A program made the translations under genes and the position numbers. The notes below the pieces were generated by a model that saw nothing but the letters and a program-made list of their open reading frames with translations, had not been told where the DNA came from and did no database searches. Shown here piece after piece: positions 35,893-45,002 of a stretch of DNA of 45,951 nucleotides. The DNA comes from Deltaproteobacteria bacterium (GTDB lineage: Bacteria; Desulfobacterota; WTBG01; CAIYCZ01; CAIRTM01). The stretch spans positions 1 through 45,951 of the forward strand of contig JAFGCP010000305.1 of NCBI GenBank assembly GCA_016932595.1. Direction: 5' to 3'. Each line of letters begins with the position of its first letter. Positions within the stretch are counted from its first letter, which is position 1.

Positions 35893-37242
35893 TCACTTCT
35901 TTTTCAATGCCGTATTGCAGATAAACTGCTCTATACTATCCATAGTGTAGTCAATCTGTTCTTTATCCAAGCCAGGGTACGTGCCCAAAAAAAAGCTGTC
36001 ATTCATGACGCAGTCAGTGTTTGGCAGTTCCCCGATTTGGCGGTGGGCGATGTTCAGATATGCCGGTTGCCGCAGGAGATTACCGCCGAAGAGGTTGCGC
36101 GTTTCGATCAGGTGCGTATTCAGATGGTTTGTTAATTCGGTCCGGCTAAAACCAGCCTCCGCTCGTACCGTTACCGGAAAGGCAAACCAGGCCGGGTCGG
36201 CGCCTTCCGTAGCCTTGGGGAGCAGGAAATATTTTTCGTATTTCCCGAAACTTTCCTTCCATAGCTGAAAATTCCGGCGGCGGGCAGCGCAAAACGAATC
36301 CAGTTTCTTCAACTGCTCGACACCGATAGCGGCCTGAACGTCCGTGGCTTTTAGGTTATAGCCGATATGGGAATAGACATATTTATGATCATACCCAGGG
36401 GGCAGGTTCCCATATTGCCCAGAAAACCGGCGGCCGCAGGTGTTGTTTTCCCCCGGGCCGCAATAACAATCACGGCCCCAATCTTTCAGGGAACGAATAA
36501 TCCGCGCAAGGGTTTCGTCAGAGGTTAACACAGCACCACCCTCACCAAGGGTGATGTGATGGGCCGGATAAAAACTAAAAGTGGCAATCTGGCCAAAAGA
36601 ACCGACGAACGAACCAAAGGGTTCGCCGCCCGCTCCCCTTCTATAGGTGCTGCCCAAAGCGTCGCAACAATCCTCTATCAGAAAGAGACCATGTTTTTCA
36701 GCTATGCCCAGGACCTCATCCAGATTGAAGGGATTGCCAAGGGTATGCGCTATGAAGATTGCTTTAGTTTTTGGCGATAGAGCCTTTTCTATCTGATTGA
36801 CCTGGATATTATAGGTCGGAATATCAACATCTACAAACACAGGTATGAGATTGTTCAAAATGATCGGGTTTACCGTCGTGGGAAACCCGGCGGCCACCGT
36901 GATCACTTCATCGCCGGGCTTCAAGCGGCGATCGCCCAGGAGCGGGGAGGTGAGAGCGGTCAGAGCCAGAAGATTAGCAGAAGAGCCGGAGTTGGTCAGA
37001 AGGGCGTATTCAACGCCGACCTTGGCAGCCAGTTCGCTCTGAAACTCCTCGGCAAACCGGCCCTCCGTAAGCCAGAAATCAAGGGAGGCCTCAACGGCGG
37101 CCTGGAGTTCCTTTTCATCAAAAACACGCCCCGCATAACGAACAGGCGTCGTGCCGGGAACGAAGCTCTGCTTCGCATTGCGTACTTTATGAAATTGCGC
37201 TACAAGTCCAGCGACCTTTTGTCTCAATTCTGCTTCGGTCAT
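35893..37242 (-). CDS. rfbH: CDP-6-deoxy-L-threo-D-glycero-4-hexulose 3-dehydrase (E1; DegT/DnrJ/EryC1 fold)
   Basis: It has the DegT-family fold. His replaces the Schiff-base Lys (SFYPAHHITLGEGG). The Fe-S motif is CYCGPGENNTC (C-x-C-x7-C), with an upstream Cys in EDCC. Confidence 0.85.
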   Translation of the reverse strand: MTEAELRQKVAGLVAQFHKVRNAKQSFVPGTTPVRYAGRVFDEKELQAAVEASLDFWLTEGRFAEEFQSELAAKVGVEYALLTNSGSSANLLALTALTSPLLGDRRLKPGDEVITVAAGFPTTVNPIILNNLIPVFVDVDIPTYNIQVNQIEKALSPKTKAIFIAHTLGNPFNLDEVLGIAEKHGLFLIEDCCDALGSTYRRGAGGEPFGSFVGSFGQIATFSFYPAHHITLGEGGAVLTSDETLARIIRSLKDWGRDCYCGPGENNTCGRRFSGQYGNLPPGYDHKYVYSHIGYNLKATDVQAAIGVEQLKKLDSFCAARRRNFQLWKESFGKYEKYFLLPKATEGADPAWFAFPVTVRAEAGFSRTELTNHLNTHLIETRNLFGGNLLRQPAYLNIAHRQIGELPNTDCVMNDSFFLGTYPGLDKEQIDYTMDSIEQFICNTALKKK

Positions 37243-37243
37243 A

Positions 37244-37975
37244 TTATTCCCACTCGTCTATTTTTATTTTTTCCGGATTGATGCCTTTTTCTTTCAGCCC
37301 CGCTTTCAATGAGTTGATCATGTTGACTGGACCGGAAAGGTAGAAAGTTGCACTCGCAGGATCATTCGCAGCTTCCCAGATTTTATCAAATGATAAACTG
37401 CCCTTATTTATAGAAAAGAGCATTTTGTTATCATATATTTCTTCAGAAAAAGCAAAGAGTTTAAATCCGCTGAGCCGTGACATTGCCTCTATGAGCATGT
37501 CCGTAAAAAGAAAAAGATCTGGTTTTTTTACGCCATAGACGAGCTTTAAGACCATTCCGGAAGATCGCCACAATTCATTCAAAATAAATGCGCTGAATGG
37601 TGTAATTCCGGTGCCGCCTGCAACCAGGATAATTTCTTCATCAGGGCTCGCGGCAAGGCCGAAATGGCCGTAGGGAAGGCGAATCCATACCTCTTTACCT
37701 ACAGCGAGTTCCTCGCGCATGCGCTTTGTAAACGCCCCTTTGACCCCATAGGCAATGGTTATATCGGGGTCAAGGGGCATCGACGCGATTGAAAAAACAC
37801 GCGATTCCGGCCAAAAACCAACCGTAGGATCAAAAGGATCAAGAGCCAGATGCAGAAACTGGCCCGGCTTAAAATTAGGCAGACGGCGAGATGGGGTCAT
37901 AGTGATGGTTGATACTGCATCATCATGATTGATGATAGAGGAAACAATGCATTTCAGTTTGATGGGGTTAGCCAT
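37244..37975 (-). CDS. FNR-type FAD/NAD(P)H oxidoreductase (E3/AscD-like but lacking the 2Fe-2S ferredoxin domain)
   Basis: The flavin motif is RVFSIAS and the nucleotide-binding motif is GGTGITPF. The protein is only 243 aa and has no Cys cluster. Its stop codon lies 1 nt from the rfbH start. Confidence 0.75.
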   Translation of the reverse strand: MANPIKLKCIVSSIINHDDAVSTITMTPSRRLPNFKPGQFLHLALDPFDPTVGFWPESRVFSIASMPLDPDITIAYGVKGAFTKRMREELAVGKEVWIRLPYGHFGLAASPDEEIILVAGGTGITPFSAFILNELWRSSGMVLKLVYGVKKPDLFLFTDMLIEAMSRLSGFKLFAFSEEIYDNKMLFSINKGSLSFDKIWEAANDPASATFYLSGPVNMINSLKAGLKEKGINPEKIKIDEWE

Positions 37976-38433
37976 GATTTAAAGTCCCTATAAAAAAAAC
38001 AAGGCGGCGGTTTTATTATTTCGGGGACATTGCCAATTGCCGAAAGCAAATCACCTTTTTCGCCGGGGCTCGATCCTGTTTTAGGATAAAATATAAACCT
38101 TGCAATATGCTTGTTTTCATCAGGTCAATGGTTCGTTGCAAACTACAATCACCACAGATGATGCAAGGACACATAAACTCCTGGAATAAGGCTAAAAGTG
38201 TTCTCTTGCATTCAACACATGGTCATTTATGAAGCAAAAAAAAACGCAAATCATCTCAAACATATAACTGATTGAATGTATCTCAAAAAAAGCAAAGCCT
38301 CTATGTCGCCGGTATCAGAGCCCCATTTATTTTCTCCAACCGACTGAATTTCTTTCTATTCTTAAAGATAATAGAAATTAATTTTATGAATCCCTGGTTT
38401 TAAACAGAAAACCTTTTTAAGAATGGCGAAACA

Positions 38434-39165
38434 TCACATCTTTTCCAGCTGAGGCTTAAGCTTATTCCATCTCATACGAATATCCTTTTCCGAAAGCGAT
38501 GTATTTGCTATCCGAACTTCAGCGATGCTGCCGCTGAACGGTCGATTTTCCATGATCCAATTTCCTATCTGGAGCGGCAATGAACTGTTTTTCAACTTAT
38601 TCATAGGAGTAAACTTGCCAACAAGACTGCCGTCAACATAGATATGCTGTGTATTCATGTTGTTACCCACCACGACAAGATAATGCCAGGATCCATCTTG
38701 AAGCTTGAACAGGTCACTCTTGGAAAACTTTTCTCCATCACCAAAAGACATACGAAAATTGCCTTGATCCTTTCCATCCTGCTGGACGACAAAACCTTCT
38801 GATCCTGCCGCCGAGTGATTTCCCAAAATTGCGGCATAAGCAATCTGCCGTCCTGAGGGTTTCACGAGCACCTCTATGGTGTATGTCTCGTGCAACACCA
38901 CAGGCTCAAGCTTTACCCCTTTTCCAATATATCCTTTTTCAAATGCTATATGAAGCAAATCCCCTCTCTTGTGGGGCAGGAGATGCCTCGTTTTTTCTTT
39001 GGGATATACCGTGGTTGATAAAGCTTCAATGCTTGAGACTTGCTTTTGTTCTGCTACGGCCTGTCGGGGGGAATGCGTCGTATTCGGTTCTTCTGCTTCG
39101 CAATAAGCGAAGCTGCCAAATAAGACTACCAAAAGACCAGCCAAAAACATACAGTACTTATTCAT
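38434..39165 (-). CDS. Secreted LamG/concanavalin-A-like lectin-fold protein
   Basis: The signal peptide is MNKYCMFLAGLLVVLFGSFAYCEA, starting at the Met at 39165 with GGGAG 7 nt upstream. The LamG-like pattern is WHYLVVVG...IYVDGSLVG...LQIGN...FSGSIAEVRI. Confidence 0.65.
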   Translation of the reverse strand: MNKYCMFLAGLLVVLFGSFAYCEAEEPNTTHSPRQAVAEQKQVSSIEALSTTVYPKEKTRHLLPHKRGDLLHIAFEKGYIGKGVKLEPVVLHETYTIEVLVKPSGRQIAYAAILGNHSAAGSEGFVVQQDGKDQGNFRMSFGDGEKFSKSDLFKLQDGSWHYLVVVGNNMNTQHIYVDGSLVGKFTPMNKLKNSSLPLQIGNWIMENRPFSGSIAEVRIANTSLSEKDIRMRWNKLKPQLEKM

Positions 39166-39277
39166 CCTCAAACTCCCTACAATTATAAAATGGTCTTTCC
39201 TGCCAAAAAATTTCAACAGCCAATGCCAGCGCTTACGCAGGTTAGGTCTCGCTGAAAAAAAAGGACTCTTAGCGATT

Positions 39278-40255
39278 TCAAATCCCTGCTAGCAATAGCC
39301 GATCTTCCTCAACCATCATTCTGACCACATCCTGCATTTTATGCTTTGCCTGCCACCCCAATTGCAAACGCGCCTTCTGTGTATTGGCCTGGCTCACCAT
39401 AATGTCCAGAGGGCGCAGCAAAGCCTGCTCTCTCAGCACATGATCTCTCCAGTCAAGATCCAGGCGGCGAAATACCGCTGCCACAAACTCCTCCAAAGTA
39501 TTGGTTTCGCCTGTTGCCACAACATAATCTTCCGGTTCAGGTTGCTGCAGCATAAGCCAAATAGCCTCCATATATTCCGGTGCCCAACCCCAATCACGAG
39601 CAATGGATGTGTTCCCCAGATAAAGTTTCTCATCGCTGCCCGCGGCAATACGGCAGGCAGCCTTGACGATTTTACGGGTAACGAAGCGCTCTGGGCGAAG
39701 CGGCGATTCGTGGTTAAAGAGCAAGCCCGTACAGGCAAAAAGATTATATGCTTCGCGGTAATTAGCAACCTCCCAGAAAGCTGTTGCCTTGGCAACGGCA
39801 TAGGGACTGCGCGGCCGAAATGAAGTCTGCTCATCGGCAGGAACACCTCCTGTGTTTCCAAAGCATTCGCTGGATCCGGCATTATACAATTTTATCGGCC
39901 GGCCAAGAAAGCGTATAGCCTCAAGCAGATTCAGCGCACCCACACTGATGCTCTCCAGGGTTTCAACCGGCTGATCAAATGAAAGGCCAACAGAACTTTG
40001 CCCGGCAAGGTTATATACTTCATCGGGCTGGACCCTGGTCAATATCTGCAAAACGCTGCGAAAATCATTGAGCGCCATGGAATGGACAGTAATCCGCTCT
40101 CTTATACCAAGCAGGTTCAGATTGCCGAAGCTTGACATCTGTGCGTCACGGGAGGTGCCATGAACATCGTATCCCTTGCCAAGCAGAAGCCGTGCCAGAT
40201 AGGCGCCATCCTGACCTGATATGCCGCATATGAGGGTTTTTTTCATATCAGGCAA
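39278..40255 (-). CDS. gmd: GDP-mannose 4,6-dehydratase
   Basis: The motif is TLICGISGQDGAYLARLLLGKGYDVHGTSR...YAVAK...LFNHESPLR. Confidence 0.9.
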   Translation of the reverse strand: MPDMKKTLICGISGQDGAYLARLLLGKGYDVHGTSRDAQMSSFGNLNLLGIRERITVHSMALNDFRSVLQILTRVQPDEVYNLAGQSSVGLSFDQPVETLESISVGALNLLEAIRFLGRPIKLYNAGSSECFGNTGGVPADEQTSFRPRSPYAVAKATAFWEVANYREAYNLFACTGLLFNHESPLRPERFVTRKIVKAACRIAAGSDEKLYLGNTSIARDWGWAPEYMEAIWLMLQQPEPEDYVVATGETNTLEEFVAAVFRRLDLDWRDHVLREQALLRPLDIMVSQANTQKARLQLGWQAKHKMQDVVRMMVEEDRLLLAGI

Positions 40256-40285
40256 TTCTCCTTGTCACCTGCCAAAAACTGTTCC

Positions 40286-40312
40286 ATTATAGCAAAAAAA
40301 AACGGTTTGCAA
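40286..40312 (-). promoter_or_regulatory. Extended -10 sigma70-type promoter candidate upstream of gmd
   Basis: On the minus strand, TTGCAA (40312..40307) is followed by a 15-nt spacer and TGCTATAAT, with TATAAT at 40291..40286. It lies ~30 nt upstream of the gmd ATG. Confidence 0.4.
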
Positions 40313-40389
40313 TTTTGAAATGGGCCATCCTAAAATTTTCTGTCATCCTGCGTCCGGATTGTTTTTTCTTACTAATCGACAGCGAACAA

Positions 40390-42912
40390 TCAACGATACT
40401 CCATAAACGGTACGGCAACCATCAATCCGAGTTCACGGGGATCCGGTTCTCTCTGAACTACGCGCCTGCCGTTCCATGTCCGGTCAATATTTATTGTCAC
40501 AAGCCTGCCCTCAGAACCAACCCCGCCCACAGCGCATTCAACCCACTTGCCTGTTTTAAAAAAAACGACGAGAGGCTTTTTTCCGTTCAAGCTGACATGC
40601 GCCCGCAACTGAAAATTCTTCGAATTGGGATGCCCGTTGCGGATATATATACTAATGACTTCGGGCGGCAATTCTAAAGCGCAGCTTACACCGTTCATCC
40701 AGCGAAACACAGTATCCACGCCCTCAGGCCAGCCGGGTATCGCCTCTGAAGCCGGCTCCTTCCAATACAGCCCGGCAACCCAACCCCTGTTGCTCAGGTC
40801 TACCGCGGCAAGCGGCGTTCGCACCGCAATTGAAAGCTGCCGAGTATCTTGAATTTGGGAATTCGAAGATCCAGGACTCCAGGTCCCAGAGGCAATGATT
40901 TCAAGTTCATGCTCGCGCGGATTGCCGGAAGCATAGAAATAACGGGTTTTCCATCCGGCCTGCCTGCATGTATCTCGCGCTACGATGGTACCGTCAAGGC
41001 TGAAATTGATACGCTGCGCCCCCTGTTCAATATACCTAGTCGGCACCAAATAGTCTATACGGTAGAGTCCATCGCCTTCAAACCTCATTATGGAATTTTT
41101 GCCCGACCAGCGGATATCACCCTGTTTGTCTTGCTCTTTTTTATAAAACCCTTCATAAACAGTATCGTCACTCTGTTCACGGCCATAGTTTGCATAACCA
41201 TACTTTGCAGCAAAATCCTTGGAGGACCGCGCTTCGGCATAGGCAACTCCCGCGCAGACAACAAGTACGCAACAGCTCCGGGCAAGCCAGAGGGAAATCT
41301 TCTGCACCCGCGCAGGAACAGCCACAACAGGCAAAGCCATTAAATATCCAATATTTAAAAAAACAAGCATCCAGACGGTGGAAATATAGGGGGGGTCCTG
41401 CGTCAGTCCATACTGATGAAAACTGTACAGAGCAAGCAGAACGGGTATAGCGGCCGTGATACCGGAGCGAAAATATCCGGACATTCCCACAATAAACCCA
41501 TAAGCGGCCAGAAGCAGCCACAGCACACAACCGGCAAGGCCAACGCCGATCAGCAATTGCAAATAAAAGTTATGGGGGGTATCAAATAGCTTATCAGTAT
41601 ATCTGTTTTTTGAAAAAAGCGACTCGGGAATTTGCTCCATAATGCCGGTATGCACTCGATAGCTCTCCCATCCAAGGCCAAACATGGGCCGTTCCTGCCA
41701 CAGCGCCAGAGCCTCTTGGGCAATGGCTATTCTCTCCACGGGCATAAACAGAGTGGCATATCTGTTTTTTAATTCATTCTGCCTGATTGTATGCATCCGC
41801 AAGTCTCTACTCAGCTGACTATCCTGCGAATGTATGGTCAGCTCAGCCTCGATATTTTTTTGAAACTTATCAAATACAACCACCACCAAAAATAAACTCA
41901 CAGCTATGGTTAAAGGAATGGATAGGGCGACCCTGGTGGCAAGCCGAAATTTTTTGTGCAGTTTTTCATCTTCGGCGGCATCTTTTGAAAGATAGAAAAA
42001 GAGCCAGCAGAAAAAAAGCGTCACCGGATAGGCCAGCCAGCCCGAACGCGCCCCGGTAAGTATTATGGCAATCTCAAACAGCATCATCACCCCGAAAAGC
42101 AGGGCCTTTAATTTCCACCCGCGTTTCGATATGAATCCGAAGAGGATATAGGGGATGGTCATGGTCAAATATTCGGCAAACCATCCAGGATTGCCCGTGA
42201 CCGATTGCAGCCGTAAATCCAACTGCTGCCTGAACCAGAGCAAACTAATCATGTTAAAATATTCAAGCAGCCCGACAAGCGAAGCCCACAGGCCGCCACA
42301 CAGTGCTCCAATGAATACAAACCGGTAGCACTTATCATAGTCCTCCCGCAGTGATAGCGCGGAAACAAAAGCCATAAAAAGCAGCAGCCTCCAAACAGCT
42401 GCCACGGAATAAAGTGGATCATACGGCAGTGCGTTAAAAACAGTTATGGCAGAGGACATAAAAGACCGCCGCATAAGCTGAAAGAAGTTCTGTTCGGGCA
42501 ACAGCTGCAGCGACAAACAGCAAATGGCTGCAAATAAAAAGAAAAACCAGGCAACAACAGGGTTAAGCCTGTTGCGGAAAGAGTTATTTTTAATGGTGGT
42601 CAGCAACAGTGCGACAGCCAGCATTGCGGTGAAAAATTCGAAAATAGCCGTGTGAACGCGCCAGGAATGGTTGATATAAAAAGGAAAGCTCGCGCCGTAG
42701 AGAAAAAGAATGTACTTAATAAGCCGCTGCTGTTTTATGCAGACAGTTGCACCGACGAATGCGCCGCCGAGCAACAGATAAAAAGCCGCAGATGATGCGA
42801 CTTTAAACTCCATATCGGCGATGCGAAAAACTATAGTACAACTCAAAAAAACAAGGGCCGTTATATACAAAAGCCAGCGGACAATCAAAAAGCATCCTTT
42901 CTTTTTAAGCAA
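40390..42912 (-). CDS. O-antigen-ligase/polymerase-family (Wzy_C-type) membrane protein with a large C-terminal extracytoplasmic domain
   Basis: The ~560-aa polytopic region carries LTGARSGWLA and FDTPHNFYLQLLIGVGLAG, which match the ligase-family SR...HN.yL motif pair. A ~280-aa soluble tail follows. Confidence 0.75.
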   Translation of the reverse strand: MLKKKGCFLIVRWLLYITALVFLSCTIVFRIADMEFKVASSAAFYLLLGGAFVGATVCIKQQRLIKYILFLYGASFPFYINHSWRVHTAIFEFFTAMLAVALLLTTIKNNSFRNRLNPVVAWFFFLFAAICCLSLQLLPEQNFFQLMRRSFMSSAITVFNALPYDPLYSVAAVWRLLLFMAFVSALSLREDYDKCYRFVFIGALCGGLWASLVGLLEYFNMISLLWFRQQLDLRLQSVTGNPGWFAEYLTMTIPYILFGFISKRGWKLKALLFGVMMLFEIAIILTGARSGWLAYPVTLFFCWLFFYLSKDAAEDEKLHKKFRLATRVALSIPLTIAVSLFLVVVVFDKFQKNIEAELTIHSQDSQLSRDLRMHTIRQNELKNRYATLFMPVERIAIAQEALALWQERPMFGLGWESYRVHTGIMEQIPESLFSKNRYTDKLFDTPHNFYLQLLIGVGLAGCVLWLLLAAYGFIVGMSGYFRSGITAAIPVLLALYSFHQYGLTQDPPYISTVWMLVFLNIGYLMALPVVAVPARVQKISLWLARSCCVLVVCAGVAYAEARSSKDFAAKYGYANYGREQSDDTVYEGFYKKEQDKQGDIRWSGKNSIMRFEGDGLYRIDYLVPTRYIEQGAQRINFSLDGTIVARDTCRQAGWKTRYFYASGNPREHELEIIASGTWSPGSSNSQIQDTRQLSIAVRTPLAAVDLSNRGWVAGLYWKEPASEAIPGWPEGVDTVFRWMNGVSCALELPPEVISIYIRNGHPNSKNFQLRAHVSLNGKKPLVVFFKTGKWVECAVGGVGSEGRLVTINIDRTWNGRRVVQREPDPRELGLMVAVPFMEYR

Positions 42913-43061
42913 GCAGGCAGGTTAAAGATTTATGCCGGTAGAGGTATAGACCTTTTAAAACATTTTCACCTGAGCCTTGAGTGAGGAGCATTAATAATTA
43001 TTTTTCCGCTCCACGGCAGAACGGGAAGAATGCAGGAATATCCGGGAGGCACCTCCAACAG

Positions 43062-45002
43062 CTACTCGTTTTGCACCACCTTGAGCCTTCTCCCGGGGGA
43101 GGCTTCCGCGGGAGGAACATAAAAAACGATATACTTCCCCAGAGTGTTTCTAATCAGCTCAGGCTCTCCGCTTACGATCATGTTTTCAAAATTTTTGATC
43201 ATCTCCTCGATATCTGTCAAGGTAAACACCGAGTGCTGGCGAGCCATGAAAATTTTTTCATGATAGGTCTTATCTGTGCCCTCTTCAGCAGTCAGCAGCT
43301 CTTCAAAAAGTTTTTCCCCCGGCCTCAGCCCTGTATAGATAATATCAATATCAACATACGGCTCGAGATTATTCAGCTTAATAAGATCCTCAGCAAGCGT
43401 TGAAATCTTAACCGGTTCGCCCATATCAAGAACAAATACTTCACCGCCCTTGCCCATTGTCGCCGCCTGCAATACCAGTGCAACAGCTTCGGGTATGGTC
43501 ATAAAATATCGCGTCATTTCAGGATGCGTAACGGTTACCGGACCGCCTTTTTTGATCTGTTCGATAAACATTGGTATAACACTTCCCCGGCTTCCCAGCA
43601 CATTGCCAAACCTGACGGATATGAATTTGGTTCTGTTCTGGCTGTTCAGGGCGATGCCTGCGTATTCAGCCATCCGCTTAGAAGCACCCATAATACTTGT
43701 GGGGTTTACCGCCTTATCGGTCGATATATTGATAAATTTTTCTACATTGGCTTCCATGCACAGTTTTTCGAAATGCCAGGTGCCGATAATATTGGTTTTG
43801 ACCGCCTCTTCGGGAAAATACTCCATCAGGTGAATATGCTTGTAAGCGGCTGCATGAAATACAATATCGATGCGGTAAGCGCTTAGAAGGCGTTTCAATT
43901 TAACCACATCCCGCAGATCACCGATCATGGGAATTATTTCGGTATCTGATGTGGTTTTAAACTCGGCAAGCTCCAGCAGCAGATTGTTCAGCTCAGTCTC
44001 GTCAATTTCAAATACAATAATGGCTTTAGGATTAAAAAGCCTGAGCTGCCGCACGATCTCGGAGCCGATCGATCCGCCAGCGCCGGTAACAAGAACTGTT
44101 TTGTTGTTTAAAAGTTTGCCAAGAGAACTGGCTTCAATTTTTACAGCCTCTCTGCACAAAAGGTCTTCCACATTGATATCCCGAAGCTCTTTTACGGAAA
44201 CCGCTTCATGGGGTAGCCGATTGATGCTCGGGACTATCTTGATTTCCATAATCCCGGACTGCCTGAGCATATCATACAGCAGGCTTATCTGGCTGTGCGA
44301 AAGAGAACTGATGGTAATAATGGCAGCCCGCACATTTTTGTTTTTTACAACCCGCGGTATGTCCTTCAGAGAACCCAGAACCCGTACGCTCTGTATCGTT
44401 GTCTGTATGAGCTTCACATTATCATCAACAAATCCTATAGGCTTATAAATAATTTTTTCATTTCTGAACATTTCACGAACAATGCGCTCACCTGTGCCAC
44501 CAGCGCCGATTATAAGCGTTGGCTTTCCTGCATTTCGGGAACGATAGGATAATTCAATAATAAGCCGTCGGGATACACGAAATATAATAATAAAAAACCC
44601 GGAAAGAATATACGCGCTGAAAGGTATTGAACGGGGAAGGGCATATGCTATATAGTACTCCTGCACAGTGGTGTTTGCGGCAAACAAGAGGAGCATGCTT
44701 GCAAACAGTGCGCGGAGCACAATAAAGCATTCATGAAGACCGAAATAACGCCAGCTAAAGCTGTATACTCCCCCCATGTACATGGCCACGCACGGAGGTA
44801 TGATATATACCGGCAGCCAGAAAAAGGCAATGTTCCTGATATCATCCGCCAGAAGAAAATCAAAACGTAACATCAGAGCCAAATTGAGACAAACACTTAT
44901 AACCAGAATATCGGTAAAGAGATATAGAAAAGCGCGTATTAGTGCCGCGCGCATACGAATCGCCTTCCTGATTTTTAATTTAGTCATGATTGCATTTTTC
45001 AT
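43062..45002 (-). CDS. Membrane-anchored nucleotide-sugar 4,6-dehydratase (CapD/WbpM/PglF family)
   Basis: There are four N-terminal TM segments and two Rossmann motifs (LIIGAGGTGERI, VLVTGAGGSIGSEIVRQL). A further family motif is MGASKRMAE. Confidence 0.9.
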   Translation of the reverse strand: MKNAIMTKLKIRKAIRMRAALIRAFLYLFTDILVISVCLNLALMLRFDFLLADDIRNIAFFWLPVYIIPPCVAMYMGGVYSFSWRYFGLHECFIVLRALFASMLLLFAANTTVQEYYIAYALPRSIPFSAYILSGFFIIIFRVSRRLIIELSYRSRNAGKPTLIIGAGGTGERIVREMFRNEKIIYKPIGFVDDNVKLIQTTIQSVRVLGSLKDIPRVVKNKNVRAAIITISSLSHSQISLLYDMLRQSGIMEIKIVPSINRLPHEAVSVKELRDINVEDLLCREAVKIEASSLGKLLNNKTVLVTGAGGSIGSEIVRQLRLFNPKAIIVFEIDETELNNLLLELAEFKTTSDTEIIPMIGDLRDVVKLKRLLSAYRIDIVFHAAAYKHIHLMEYFPEEAVKTNIIGTWHFEKLCMEANVEKFINISTDKAVNPTSIMGASKRMAEYAGIALNSQNRTKFISVRFGNVLGSRGSVIPMFIEQIKKGGPVTVTHPEMTRYFMTIPEAVALVLQAATMGKGGEVFVLDMGEPVKISTLAEDLIKLNNLEPYVDIDIIYTGLRPGEKLFEELLTAEEGTDKTYHEKIFMARQHSVFTLTDIEEMIKNFENMIVSGEPELIRNTLGKYIVFYVPPAEASPGRRLKVVQNE

